A stretch of DNA of 64,000 bases from IMG/VR virus record IMGVR_UViG_2974545560_000001, positions 4,746 to 68,745 of that record; one strand, 5' to 3'. Of the stretch, positions 1-8,973 are shown one piece after another. The position numbers were made by a program, and so were the translations under genes. Each line of letters opens with the position of its first letter. Within the stretch, counting starts at the first letter, position 1. The stretch comes from a virus (Duplodnaviria > Caudoviricetes). The notes below the pieces were generated by a model. The model did not search any database, was not told where the DNA came from, and saw only the letters and a program-made list of their open reading frames with translations.

Positions 1-966
1 AAAGTCTTTGATGCGGTTGATGTCTGCCTTTTTAAAGCCGGTCATCTCACCAACGTTGGCCACAATTGACTTGCCCGTTATCTTACGCAGGAAGTTGCCA
101 TAATTTCGCTCGGAGAAGTCCAGCATGATAGGCTTGGCGCCACGGTCGCCCATCAAGTACCAGCACAACTGGATGGAGAAGAATGATTTACCTGCATCCT
201 GGCCGCCGATTAATGCCAGGCTGATTGGTGCGTTTGATCCTGGGTTGACGATTCGGTTGTATAGCGAAAGCCAGAAGTATTTGCTGAACTGACGGTTTAG
301 TGGCGTATCCTCGCATTTGAAGAGATCAACAAGACACTCAAGGCGCTCAACGCCGTCCCAGTCCTTAATCTTGCTCTCGAAATAGTTGAGCAGGCTGTTT
401 CCTGAGTGTCCCTTAGCCCAATCGCGGTAAGACTCGGTAACGGCCTTGGCGGTCGGGTTGGTTAGCCCCGCGGCGTCCAGCGCTTCGAGGATTGGCCGGA
501 TGTTCAAGTCGTTCTTACCGAAGGGACGGCCATTATGATCGACCATGCGCCCGCTGAATTCGTCGATATGAGGGTAGGGCACGCGCCCGGAGCCGTTGGC
601 GAATAACACGTCAAAGGCATGCCAGCGGTTTACGTCTGAGGCCGCGATGGCTTTACCGCCGATGTCGGTTGGGTCTTTCGGGTTGCCTGGCTTGATATGA
701 GGAAAGTTGAAGCCCTCAAGGAGAGCGATTTTCTTTGCCCGTTGAATGATGTCAGTCTCATCGTAGCAATCATCTATCAGCTCATCCGACTTCTTGCGAC
801 GGTGCTCCATATTGATTACTGCTCTTTCAACCTCTTGTTCTGCCTCGATGGATTCTTGTGAGTCACCCATCTCAGCGCTGCTCAACGCTGCGAAGTCAAA
901 TGGCAGTTGATTCTCAGCGTCTCCGTCTGGGTATTCATTATTTGTTGATTGATCATCGATAGACAT
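1..966 (-). CDS. VapE-like (virulence-associated protein E) helicase/ATPase, N-terminal 322 codons; runs off the window start
   Basis: Not in the ORF track; hand translation from ATG at 966 (MSIDDQSTNNEY...) is open to position 1. Contains KIKDWDGVERL, Walker A LIGGQDAGKS and a Walker B region ANVGEMTGFKKADINRIKDF typical of VapE. Confidence 0.85.
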   Translation of the reverse strand, partial: MSIDDQSTNNEYPDGDAENQLPFDFAALSSAEMGDSQESIEAEQEVERAVINMEHRRKKSDELIDDCYDETDIIQRAKKIALLEGFNFPHIKPGNPKDPTDIGGKAIAASDVNRWHAFDVLFANGSGRVPYPHIDEFSGRMVDHNGRPFGKNDLNIRPILEALDAAGLTNPTAKAVTESYRDWAKGHSGNSLLNYFESKIKDWDGVERLECLVDLFKCEDTPLNRQFSKYFWLSLYNRIVNPGSNAPISLALIGGQDAGKSFFSIQLCWYLMGDRGAKPIMLDFSERNYGNFLRKITGKSIVANVGEMTGFKKADINRIKDF

Positions 967-1158
967 TAATGTCCACTCCCACTATTATGACTGTTTATCC
1001 AGTTGACTCTCTTATCTACATATTCCGCACGTCGCTGTCCTTGTAAGGATACTCAGGCGGCGTCTGGAATATGGCCGCTCATTTATAGAACGGCCAGGAC
1101 GGATAGCTTACGTTAATTTACGGTTAAAGGGAAACCGCGACTGGCAGCGGGCGCTGTA

Positions 1159-1623
1159 TTAATTCACCTTTGGGCGCTGGCCGTCTCGCACCGCGTTGAA
1201 GCCGAGCAGCTGGCGCTCATAGGCCAGTAGTTGGTCGCGGATCATTGCGCGCACGAATGTTGAGAAGCAGACTGAAATGACGTATACAACGGCGGTGAAT
1301 ATGTAGCCGCTGTAGGCGATCAGGCCGGTGATGATAAGCGTTACAATGACGCTGTAGGTTATCTTGAACGCGCCGTAAGGCTTGTATGCCTTGAGGGCAT
1401 CGACGATTGCTTGGTAGCGCTCGGCCTTTGGCTTTTTGGGGATGGTGAAGACGCCGACGAGCGACAGAACCATAGCGACTGGCGCGATGATGATCAGCAC
1501 CCAGTAGATGAACACCGCGACGCTGAGCACGCCTGATTCGCTGAAGTAGTTGCCGTAAACCATTGCGGCCAACAACAGATAGGTGATTGCGAAGCCGATG
1601 AGTGAGGTGATTAATTTAGTCAT
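1159..1623 (-). CDS. Hypothetical membrane protein (about 4 TM segments)
   Basis: 154 aa with four long hydrophobic stretches; overlaps the upstream gene as in an operon. Confidence 0.7.
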   Translation of the reverse strand: MTKLITSLIGFAITYLLLAAMVYGNYFSESGVLSVAVFIYWVLIIIAPVAMVLSLVGVFTIPKKPKAERYQAIVDALKAYKPYGAFKITYSVIVTLIITGLIAYSGYIFTAVVYVISVCFSTFVRAMIRDQLLAYERQLLGFNAVRDGQRPKVN

Positions 1624-1831
1624 TTCCGGTGATCTCTATGGTGATTGGTTGTGGTTGACGCTTCTTAACGTCGGTGATAAGGCCGCAGCGCTGGCATGCC
1701 AGCTTTACCGGCTCTGCGTACTCGTTTACTGCGTGAACGCGCAACTCATGATTGCAGCTTGATTGGCGTGACACCATATCTGCACGGCGCTGGCGCGCAT
1801 CTTCTTCGTACTGCTCGTCATAGTGACCCAT
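1616..1831 (-). CDS. Small hypothetical protein with Cys/His motif
   Basis: 71 aa; CNHE...CQRCG; tiles with neighbours. Confidence 0.55.
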   Translation of the reverse strand: MGHYDEQYEEDARQRRADMVSRQSSCNHELRVHAVNEYAEPVKLACQRCGLITDVKKRQPQPITIEITGND

Positions 1832-2339
1832 AGTCCCGTTTCCTTCTCAGTGATTGACTGTAATCGACCGCAGGCGCGACCCAGTTCTGCCATGTGCCGT
1901 TCATGTAGTTGCGTGGCTGGAGGTCGCCGCCGCGATACCATGGTGGGGCTTCGTTGTAGCTTTGGGAGAAACCGACAACGGTGTTGCTGTGACGCTTAAC
2001 CCACTCAACAGCTTCGTCCCAGGCCATGCCGCAGCGCTGCCGTTCGCCATGTGACAGTTCGCGGATGATGTCGCGCCCGCCGGAAGCAAGCCAGAAGTTA
2101 AGGCTATCGTGGCGCCAATGGGAGTAGGTTTCACGGTAGCCCGTTTCGACGTCACGGATGCCGTATCCATAGCCGGTTGGACGGTCAAGCACCGTCATGC
2201 GCCCGTGGTGGCCTGCATCATAGGCGAACAACGTGCAACGCTCATCGACGTATGCCGATTCATCGCGCTTGAACGAGTTGGGATACAGCACCGGCTTGGA
2301 CTTGGACGTGCAACTGGATTGACAGTATACGCTGCTCAT
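1818..2339 (-). CDS. Hypothetical phage protein
   Basis: 173 aa ORF tiling the leftward operon (ATGA-type overlap). Confidence 0.6.
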   Translation of the reverse strand: MSSVYCQSSCTSKSKPVLYPNSFKRDESAYVDERCTLFAYDAGHHGRMTVLDRPTGYGYGIRDVETGYRETYSHWRHDSLNFWLASGGRDIIRELSHGERQRCGMAWDEAVEWVKRHSNTVVGFSQSYNEAPPWYRGGDLQPRNYMNGTWQNWVAPAVDYSQSLRRKRDYGSL

Positions 2340-2563
2340 TTACCCTCCACGAATACGCACTTGTGAGAAGTAACTAGCGTTGCGTTAGCGTGAGAAGAGT
2401 CGCTCACGCCGGCCATATCACGCCGCTGTACAGAACTCACGTCCGCGCCTGAGTCGTCGCACGACTTCTTAGTTTGGAAATAGCCAACGCGCTCTGTCTG
2501 TAGCGCCTGGCCGCCGTCGCCATAGGCGCTGGTCAATGTGACGATTAGTATCAAGACGTACAT
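2336..2563 (-). CDS. Small exported/membrane protein with Cys pair
   Basis: Hydrophobic N-terminus MYVLILIVTL; two Cys (KSCDD, HKCVF). Confidence 0.6.
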   Translation of the reverse strand: MYVLILIVTLTSAYGDGGQALQTERVGYFQTKKSCDDSGADVSSVQRRDMAGVSDSSHANATLVTSHKCVFVEGK

Positions 2564-2841
2564 TTCTGTTTCCTTATCACCTTGACAATCTCGGATTGCT
2601 TGACGCCGATTTTGTTACCGGTTTCCACAACGCCGTTTTCGTCGATTGGATGGGCCACCCAGATGTTGCTGTTGAGACTTCCCAGCGGCGAGTATGGGTG
2701 GTGAGAGATAATTATAGCGCGACGTTCAAGATTATTATACTCATCCTTGAATATTACTTCATCGCCGTAACACGGATAGTTCCAGGCCGGTTCTTGCTTT
2801 GGCATGCGCGCAAGGATGCCAGCTACAACGTCATACATCAC
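2551..2841 (-). CDS. Hypothetical protein (SH3/KOW-like beta barrel possible)
   Basis: 96 aa; YGDEVIFK...RAII pattern; tiles with neighbours. Confidence 0.55.
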   Translation of the reverse strand: MMYDVVAGILARMPKQEPAWNYPCYGDEVIFKDEYNNLERRAIIISHHPYSPLGSLNSNIWVAHPIDENGVVETGNKIGVKQSEIVKVIRKQKCTS

Positions 2842-3080
2842 AATTCTCCCGGCACGAATGGCGCTTCAACGACTGACACGTGCTCTTCAAAAGAGTATTT
2901 GCGCCCAGTCATGATTGTTTTGCTGAATGCCTCGGCAACAGCCGCTTCACTGGCGATACGCGCTGCGTCTGCGAATCGACTGTCAGACAGAGCGCCTTGC
3001 GCGCGTTCTTTAAGGCGGTTGACGTGGTCATGCAAAATATTTTTGACGGATTGGCCGTCAAGAGTGAATTTACCGGTCAT
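2838..3080 (-). CDS. Hypothetical protein
   Basis: 80 aa ORF overlapping both neighbours in the same orientation. Confidence 0.55.
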   Translation of the reverse strand: MTGKFTLDGQSVKNILHDHVNRLKERAQGALSDSRFADAARIASEAAVAEAFSKTIMTGRKYSFEEHVSVVEAPFVPGEL

Positions 3081-3339
3081 TGGTGATCTCCATGTGGCGC
3101 TTTTTGGTTGTGACTTTACCGTTGCTGCGCGTTACTTCATATTGTGTGCCTCCGCGACAGTCAGACCAGTAAACCATCTCTGCATCTTTGAAACGATACA
3201 TCGTGCAGCCGTTGTGCTCGAACAACTTCTCAACCACGATGTCATTTCCTGCCTTCATCGTCTCTTCTGCCTGCTTGTAGCAGCCAGTCAGGATGAGGGA
3301 AAGGCCGATGGTTGATAATGCAATGGCCATGCGCTTCAC
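3070..3339 (-). CDS. Predicted lipoprotein (DUF4884-like)
   Basis: Signal peptide with lipobox LTGC; VEKLFEHNGCTMYRF...VYWSDC pattern recalled from DUF4884 proteins. Confidence 0.7.
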   Translation of the reverse strand: MKRMAIALSTIGLSLILTGCYKQAEETMKAGNDIVVEKLFEHNGCTMYRFKDAEMVYWSDCRGGTQYEVTRSNGKVTTKKRHMEITNDR

Positions 3340-3794
3340 TTGGCCGCCTTAATAGCCAAATCGCTATAGTATTTGCACTTGTGATCGAGTTTCTCAATCA
3401 TCTGCAGCAGGCTAAGCTGATACCCGTTTCCGCATGTGTCGGTTGTGCCAAGCCATGACTCTCCATTGCGCCGGACGCTGTACATGCCGCTGTTTCCCAT
3501 GAACGTTTCATACTTGCCATCACAGGTTTTAAGTGAATAGCCCAGGCCGGTCAGCCCTTCTAGCGTAGACAATGGGCTGACGTATGGCGGGATCACCGGG
3601 CTGTTACCGGCTTCGATGCGCTCTTGCGTTTTAAGGCAGGCAGCCAGCTCTGAGCGCAGTCCATCGGCGATGTTCGAGTTGATATTCCAAAGCGCCTTAA
3701 CAGCCTGGTCGTCTTTATTCATATCGCTCAAAGTTGCGAGTACATTGTTAGTCATTAACAACTGCACGCGGAGGTTCGCTTCATAGTTATCCAT
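3336..3794 (-). CDS. Hypothetical protein
   Basis: 152 aa ORF in the leftward operon. Confidence 0.6.
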   Translation of the reverse strand: MDNYEANLRVQLLMTNNVLATLSDMNKDDQAVKALWNINSNIADGLRSELAACLKTQERIEAGNSPVIPPYVSPLSTLEGLTGLGYSLKTCDGKYETFMGNSGMYSVRRNGESWLGTTDTCGNGYQLSLLQMIEKLDHKCKYYSDLAIKAAK

Positions 3795-3863
3795 TACATC
3801 ACCCCATATTGTTGCAGTTTGTAACGAGTCGCGGCGACCAAGGCCATGGCCAACTGGTTGCCT

Positions 3864-4151
3864 TCATTCGCCTGATTCATCACGTGGGTCGCCAGAAGAA
3901 AAACGACCGTCAGCGCCCCTGCGAGAAATGACACGATTGCGTTCATGTTTGTTACCCTCTTTGGTTATTAACAGTTCAAACCGGCACTTGCATTGGCGAC
4001 ACTTAAACTTCACCTTTGCTGTATACCAGTCAATAATCTGCACTTGCTTTGTGCTGCATTGCGGGCAGGCAGGTTGAATCTTGCAGGCCTTTTCGCGCCG
4101 GTTGACAAGCTCCATCATCTTGTCGTAAATGATATCTTCAGCCTTTGGCAT
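3864..4151 (-). CDS. Zinc-ribbon protein
   Basis: CPQC...CRQC motif. Confidence 0.6.
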   Translation of the reverse strand: MPKAEDIIYDKMMELVNRREKACKIQPACPQCSTKQVQIIDWYTAKVKFKCRQCKCRFELLITKEGNKHERNRVISRRGADGRFSSGDPRDESGE

Positions 4152-4154
4152 AGT

Positions 4155-4445
4155 CTACCTCACCCAATGCACGGTCAGCTTTAGAAGGGCAACCGTTATC
4201 TCAAGATGCTTGGTTTCCTTCCATCGTACTCCGTGCTCAGTCGCGGCTTGAAACCCGCACCACTTCGCGCCATAGAATTGATATGGCGCTGATCCCACAC
4301 CAGTCTTAGCAAACTCCTTACTCTTCACCGCTTGCTTTGCTGCACTGTACAATCGCAAGAATGACATTTCATGGCGCACCTTCAAATCCTTGGCTTTCAT
4401 CGCCGCGAACTCTTCAGCAGCTTCAGCTGTATCCAGCCAACCCAT
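4155..4445 (-). CDS. Hypothetical protein
   Basis: 96 aa; RBS-like GAGG upstream. Confidence 0.6.
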   Translation of the reverse strand: MGWLDTAEAAEEFAAMKAKDLKVRHEMSFLRLYSAAKQAVKSKEFAKTGVGSAPYQFYGAKWCGFQAATEHGVRWKETKHLEITVALLKLTVHWVR

Positions 4446-4518
4446 ACCAACCTCTCAACTATGAACTATATATAAATAATAGCGCCTTATCATTTCTGAG
4501 TAAAGCGCTATCGGTGTT

Positions 4519-4776
4519 CTATTCCTTTGGAAGTTCTGGATATGGCATCCAATGGGTTATCCCGGCGCTTATGTATAACTTTGTATATTTCTGATTTCCA
4601 TTCTCATCAGTCCCGTCGCCAACGTCATCGAAATAATCCTGTATGTGAACCATATCGTAACCGCCGACTGGGAATCCAAAATTACCCTCCGGGGAGCCAG
4701 TTAGTGAGCAGACTAACACAGATTCATCTTTTGATTCTGGAAGCCTTTCGCTGCACTTGATCCAATTGGAAGTCAT
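4519..4776 (-). CDS. DUF551 family protein
   Basis: Start refined to ATG 4776: MTSNWIKCSERLPE...ITHWMPYPELP, the DUF551 signature. Confidence 0.8.
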   Translation of the reverse strand: MTSNWIKCSERLPESKDESVLVCSLTGSPEGNFGFPVGGYDMVHIQDYFDDVGDGTDENGNQKYTKLYISAGITHWMPYPELPKE

Positions 4777-4777
4777 T

Positions 4778-5338
4778 TTATTTATCCTCTTTGCGCTGCT
4801 GGAAAGCCCAAGGTTGAACCTGGAACGTGCGAATTGTTTCATCGCCGATACGTGGCTCAAGAATGGCAGATGTATCACTCTTGGGCGCGCTTTCGATTAT
4901 CAGAACCTCCGCGCCGCGACTGAAGAATATTGAATGTATTGTTTTACTGTCCATCAAATATTCTTCCCCGGCAGTGTAGTTGCAACTGCTCGCAGAATAG
5001 TAACCGCTGCCAGACTGGCTGATGTTGTATGAGCCTGGCTTGCCGCAGTAGTTTAGATTGGACAATGTGAATCGGTCGCCGCTTGAAGAAACAGTTGGAC
5101 TCCAAATCAGGTTTTGGACTTTGCCTGCTAGAACGATGCAGTGCAGATCATAGCGGTGGCTGTGCGGTATGATAGGCTCTTGGTGGTTACGAAGGCAAGT
5201 GAACAGACGCATACCTCCATGAGTTGGACTAATACCTGCGCCGATAAGCCAGCTGGTGAGGCCGGGAATACCTGCGTAATTATCAACAGGCGAATGTTTC
5301 ATCGCATGAACGGTTCGTTTCAGTGCATCAATGTTCAT
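4778..5338 (-). CDS. Cupin-fold protein
   Basis: PHSHRYDLHCIVLAGKV (HxH motif 1) and GEEYLMDSKTIHSI (motif 2 His). Confidence 0.65.
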   Translation of the reverse strand: MNIDALKRTVHAMKHSPVDNYAGIPGLTSWLIGAGISPTHGGMRLFTCLRNHQEPIIPHSHRYDLHCIVLAGKVQNLIWSPTVSSSGDRFTLSNLNYCGKPGSYNISQSGSGYYSASSCNYTAGEEYLMDSKTIHSIFFSRGAEVLIIESAPKSDTSAILEPRIGDETIRTFQVQPWAFQQRKEDK

Positions 5339-5541
5339 TTCGCCATCCCCGCTGCGCCAAATCCCAAAATCATCGCTTCGAACAGCAATGCCGTCATAGC
5401 GATATTAAATATAGGAGCTGCTTTCTGCTGATAGTCTATGAAATAAATCAACAGCATCGATCCCATGGCTGTTGCAAATATCAACAACAGCATGATAATA
5501 GTGAATTGCGCGATGGTTAAGCTTTTAGGAAGACACATCAC
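5335..5541 (-). CDS. Small membrane protein (2 TM)
   Basis: 68 aa with two hydrophobic helices. Confidence 0.55.
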   Translation of the reverse strand: MMCLPKSLTIAQFTIIMLLLIFATAMGSMLLIYFIDYQQKAAPIFNIAMTALLFEAMILGFGAAGMAK

Positions 5542-6020
5542 AGACCTCTCTCGTTGGCGTAGTCTTCAAACTTGTTGATGAGGGATTCGATGTTGCGACG
5601 ATGCGCGTTGTACATATCGCGTGAGTCATCTGCGTTCAACACTTCGATGTCCTTCATGAAGGCGGTAAGAGCCGCTGCGAGCGTCATAAGCTCGCTGGCA
5701 CTTAATTCCAGGGCGTTTCCGGGCACCACTGTGATCTTTCTGGCTTCAGAGATTCGGCGACAAAAATCAAGCTCTTGCTTGCGGGCGGCCTCCACCAAGT
5801 CACCGGCCTGTACTTGCGACCAAACACGCGCTTTTTCTTCGCGGGCAGCCTCAAGCAATGACGTTATCTCACTGATCCTTGCCTCGTCCACCTCAACGCC
5901 GGAACGCTTGGCCTGGTTCTTGATGATCTGAATACGTGTGGCGAAGTTGTATGTATCTTCACCAAGTTCTGAAACTCTTGTCATCAGCATTGCGCGCTGA
6001 GTTAGCCAATCGTGACTCAT
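5538..6020 (-). CDS. Hypothetical coiled-coil protein
   Basis: 160 aa, helical and charged; ATGA overlap. Confidence 0.65.
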   Translation of the reverse strand: MSHDWLTQRAMLMTRVSELGEDTYNFATRIQIIKNQAKRSGVEVDEARISEITSLLEAAREEKARVWSQVQAGDLVEAARKQELDFCRRISEARKITVVPGNALELSASELMTLAAALTAFMKDIEVLNADDSRDMYNAHRRNIESLINKFEDYANERGL

Positions 6021-6472
6021 TTATGTCTCCTGATATCGTCTTTAATAACAGCTCTACGCCACCAATATGGAGCTATTACCCTTTGCTGATCAACGCCCCA
6101 ACCACGTGCTATCAACTCTTGCTGCACCGGCTCTGGCATGGAATGAAATCGCTTCTTTGAGATTACTTCCGCGATGTAAGCGAATTGCGCCTTTCCTCTG
6201 TACTTATAGTTGCCTATCGCCGGTTGCATATGAACAAGCCCCATCTTAGCCATCTTTGAAAGAATCCCATAGCGTGGCCTATTCATAAGCGTGCAAAGTC
6301 CACTGATGCTGTTGTCCTGTTTCAGCGCACGAATCAAATTGACCTGCTCTTGCACTGTCCATCGGCGACCAGACATGCAACCTTCGCAATCCTCTGGAAG
6401 GTTCTTGTCATACTTCATCCGCTCTTTAGCCTTTGCCTGCTGGTAGGCATTCCACTTGGACTCTTCGCTCAT
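6017..6472 (-). CDS. Hypothetical protein; first gene after the 6534 promoter
   Basis: 151 aa; GAGG RBS; RWTVQEQVNL resembles a Myb/HTH-like start. Confidence 0.65.
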   Translation of the reverse strand: MSEESKWNAYQQAKAKERMKYDKNLPEDCEGCMSGRRWTVQEQVNLIRALKQDNSISGLCTLMNRPRYGILSKMAKMGLVHMQPAIGNYKYRGKAQFAYIAEVISKKRFHSMPEPVQQELIARGWGVDQQRVIAPYWWRRAVIKDDIRRHK

Positions 6473-6487
6473 ATGATCCTCTAAATA

Positions 6488-6534
6488 ATAAGGGACTATG
6501 AAGTAATCATAATCCCTTATCGGTTGATAGTCAA
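6488..6534 (-). promoter_or_regulatory. sigma70-like promoter with inverted repeat over the -10 box
   Basis: Minus strand TTGACT(6534-6529)-17 nt-TATGAT(6511-6506); arms 6488-6501 and 6507-6520 match at 13/14 positions. Confidence 0.75.
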
Positions 6535-6546
6535 ACGTCTAGTGAA

Positions 6547-6753
6547 CTATCTCTTGCCTTTTCTGCGCCACGACTCCTTGAGAAGATCAGGCCGACCACG
6601 CAACATTGATTGTTTGGCGGTCATCGGCTCTTCATCTGTGTAGAAGTCTATTGGATATTCAAGTTCGTCAGCCACGATTGGCCCAACAGGCCGTCCGGCC
6701 AGCAAAACGAGTATGGGTTTGCCCTTGTTTAAATTTTCCACGTTGCACCCCAT
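6547..6753 (-). CDS. Small hypothetical protein
   Basis: 68 aa ORF overlapping the primase stop. Confidence 0.45.
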   Translation of the reverse strand: MGCNVENLNKGKPILVLLAGRPVGPIVADELEYPIDFYTDEEPMTAKQSMLRGRPDLLKESWRRKGKR

Positions 6754-7799
6754 CGGTTCGCCGCCTCCAGTTCTGCCTCTATATAAGGCATGACGATTTC
6801 ATCAACGAATGGCGCCCAGGTTCGCCCGGCCTTGCGGCAGGAGTCGTGACCGCAACCGAACACAAAGCTGTGCTCAGCCCCTGGTATTGGGCCACGGAAG
6901 TAAGCGCCGTATGGGTCGCCATTGGTGTGCTCTTCACCCCAAGGGCAACGGATACGGAACTTCCCAGACATATTCATATTGACGTCGCCGCCAGCACCTT
7001 CGCCCATCTTTGCCTTGGACAGAATACGCTCAGCAAGCTTCATCCATATTGCGTCGAACTTGTATTCATCCTCAACGATTGGGATCATCCGCTTTTGCGG
7101 CAGTACGATTGAGAAGCCGAACCGCGCGGCCAACTCTTCAGGCGTATAGCGAACACCATAGTTCGCGCGCTCCAACCTTACCTTCCAAGGTTTTCCGTCA
7201 ACAATGTATTTATATTCGTTGTCCTTGCCGCGCTTGTTGTTGATCCCGCAAGGCATGCGCCCGAAGCGAGCGATGTCTTTGATCGTGTTGTCGCCGCCCT
7301 TCTTGAGGACGTTGGCGACGAAGCAGTTTAGGAATGCTTTGAAGTAAAGCATATCTGCAACAGGCTCTTCCATGAAGTAGAAAAGCTGGAAGTTGCCGGG
7401 CGAAGTTTCAACAACAGCAGTTGGTTCGGCGATGGCTAGGAATTGATCAAGCGTGAAGTCTCCCTTGGAGCCTTTACCGTTCCCGATATCGTCAACCATG
7501 AGGGCAACGCCGTGCCCAAACGACGTTTCGCCGCGCCAGTAGCGAAGCTCACCGGTCTTTGGATTTGGCGTCTTGATGGATGATGATATGCAGATGTAGC
7601 AGTTTTTGTATATATCAATCGGCTTGCCGCTGCGATGCGGTTTAGGCCACCAACCGCCGTTGACCTTCTTCCCTTTATCGTCAAGCTGCACGGTTGCTTC
7701 TTCAGCGTAGCCGACCATTAAGCGCTCATCCTCTGGCAGCCCTTTGGCCAGCTCATCAAGGAATCGCGCGGCTTGTTCAGTCCACTCTCTGTTGTTCAT
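6729..7799 (-). CDS. RepB-like DNA primase (primase-polymerase superfamily)
   Basis: LMVDDIG and VVETSPGNFQLFY motifs; C-terminal CPW..EHT...CGHDSC zinc finger. Confidence 0.85.
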   Translation of the reverse strand: MNNREWTEQAARFLDELAKGLPEDERLMVGYAEEATVQLDDKGKKVNGGWWPKPHRSGKPIDIYKNCYICISSSIKTPNPKTGELRYWRGETSFGHGVALMVDDIGNGKGSKGDFTLDQFLAIAEPTAVVETSPGNFQLFYFMEEPVADMLYFKAFLNCFVANVLKKGGDNTIKDIARFGRMPCGINNKRGKDNEYKYIVDGKPWKVRLERANYGVRYTPEELAARFGFSIVLPQKRMIPIVEDEYKFDAIWMKLAERILSKAKMGEGAGGDVNMNMSGKFRIRCPWGEEHTNGDPYGAYFRGPIPGAEHSFVFGCGHDSCRKAGRTWAPFVDEIVMPYIEAELEAANRWGATWKI

Positions 7800-7990
7800 T
7801 TACGTTCCTGTATTCAAATTGCGCTGAAGGCCAGTCACCAACCTGCAGGTGGTTGCGCTTGTGGAAGCGGATGCCGTCAGCAGAAATGACATAATTGGCC
7901 GTCTCTCTGGCCGACGTATTATAAGACTTGCCGCCAGGCCGCAGCTTGTGAATGGTGATAGGGATTGTGAACTTTCCCTTGGGCTTTTGG

Positions 7991-8200
7991 TTAGTCGGCA
8001 ACTTTAATTCTCCGCTTCTTTGGCAGGTTGACTTCGTCGGCGACGACCTCAACGCCATTCGATAGTTGATCCATCGCGCCGATCACCTCTTTGATTTGGC
8101 GATCAAGAACCATCTGAGCGAATTGGCCACTGCCAATCGCCCATCGAACGTAGTATGCAACGCCACTCAGGTTAAGGTTCATGTTTACTTTCCGCTTCAT
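7991..8200 (-). CDS. Small hypothetical protein
   Basis: 69 aa; GGAG RBS upstream. Confidence 0.55.
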   Translation of the reverse strand: MKRKVNMNLNLSGVAYYVRWAIGSGQFAQMVLDRQIKEVIGAMDQLSNGVEVVADEVNLPKKRRIKVAD

Positions 8201-8223
8201 ATATTCTCCACCAGTTTAGTTGC

Positions 8224-8274
8224 TTTCGCTAATTGACGGTAGCTATTATAATACCAATAAATGGATTAGCGAAA
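8224..8274. promoter_or_regulatory. Dyad-symmetric divergent promoter region
   Basis: TTTCGCTAAT(8224-8233) and ATTAGCGAAA(8265-8274) flank the palindrome TATTATAATA(8244-8253), at the point where gene orientation switches. Confidence 0.65.
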
Positions 8275-8291
8275 CCCTATTGAGGATAGCG

Positions 8292-8756
8292 ATGAAGAAA
8301 TTTGATGAACTATTCACTGCTAAGGTAAAGCAGTTAGACCCAAAGCGTTATCCATTCGAGTTTACATGGACTGCGCTGTTTAAAAAGACGCGGCTGCACT
8401 ACATAGACACGCAGAGAACCGCCTTTGACCTGAAGACTGGCGTTGAGGTCGGAATTTTTGCAAATCCTGATCCAGAACTTCGTCAAAAGATTGACCTTAA
8501 TACCGTAACGCTGTTCCCAGACACAGGACTGCCTGGGATGTATAAGATGCACAAATTCACCCACAACGTTTATCTTTGCTATAAGGCGAAGAACGGGCGC
8601 ATTGTAGCAAGAGAGATTCACGTGCGAGTCACCAAGCGTTGGGCTGTTGATATGTATGGCCGACGTTTCAGCAGAAAGACAGGAGAGTGTTTTGATGACG
8701 AGAAACTTTGGATTGAAACAAGCACCGCCAAGCCATGGAGTCCAATCTATGAGTGA
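8292..8756 (+). CDS. Hypothetical protein
   Basis: Start refined to ATG 8292 (GAGGA RBS); 154 aa. Confidence 0.65.
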   Translation: MKKFDELFTAKVKQLDPKRYPFEFTWTALFKKTRLHYIDTQRTAFDLKTGVEVGIFANPDPELRQKIDLNTVTLFPDTGLPGMYKMHKFTHNVYLCYKAKNGRIVAREIHVRVTKRWAVDMYGRRFSRKTGECFDDEKLWIETSTAKPWSPIYE

Positions 8757-8973
8757 GTTCACTCACCAAGGCGTCGTGGTTGACTGTAGGATTATCAACC
8801 TGCCGTTTTGCTATAACATCATGGTAAGATATGATAAAGCAAGTGATCGATGGATAGGAGAGCACCGACTGGAATTTAACACGATAGATGGCGAGATCAT
8901 TGATCCATTAGATGTTTTCAAACCAATCTATCTCGATTTGTCGAAAATGGTTCCCATTAAGGAGAACACGTGA
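8749..8973 (+). CDS. Small hypothetical protein
   Basis: MSEFTHQGVV..., 74 aa, overlapping both neighbours. Confidence 0.55.
   Translation: MSEFTHQGVVVDCRIINLPFCYNIMVRYDKASDRWIGEHRLEFNTIDGEIIDPLDVFKPIYLDLSKMVPIKENT

Noticed and set aside
2596-3315. 239-aa plus-strand ORF
   Set aside because: Antisense to a well-tiled minus-strand operon; no RBS or motif.
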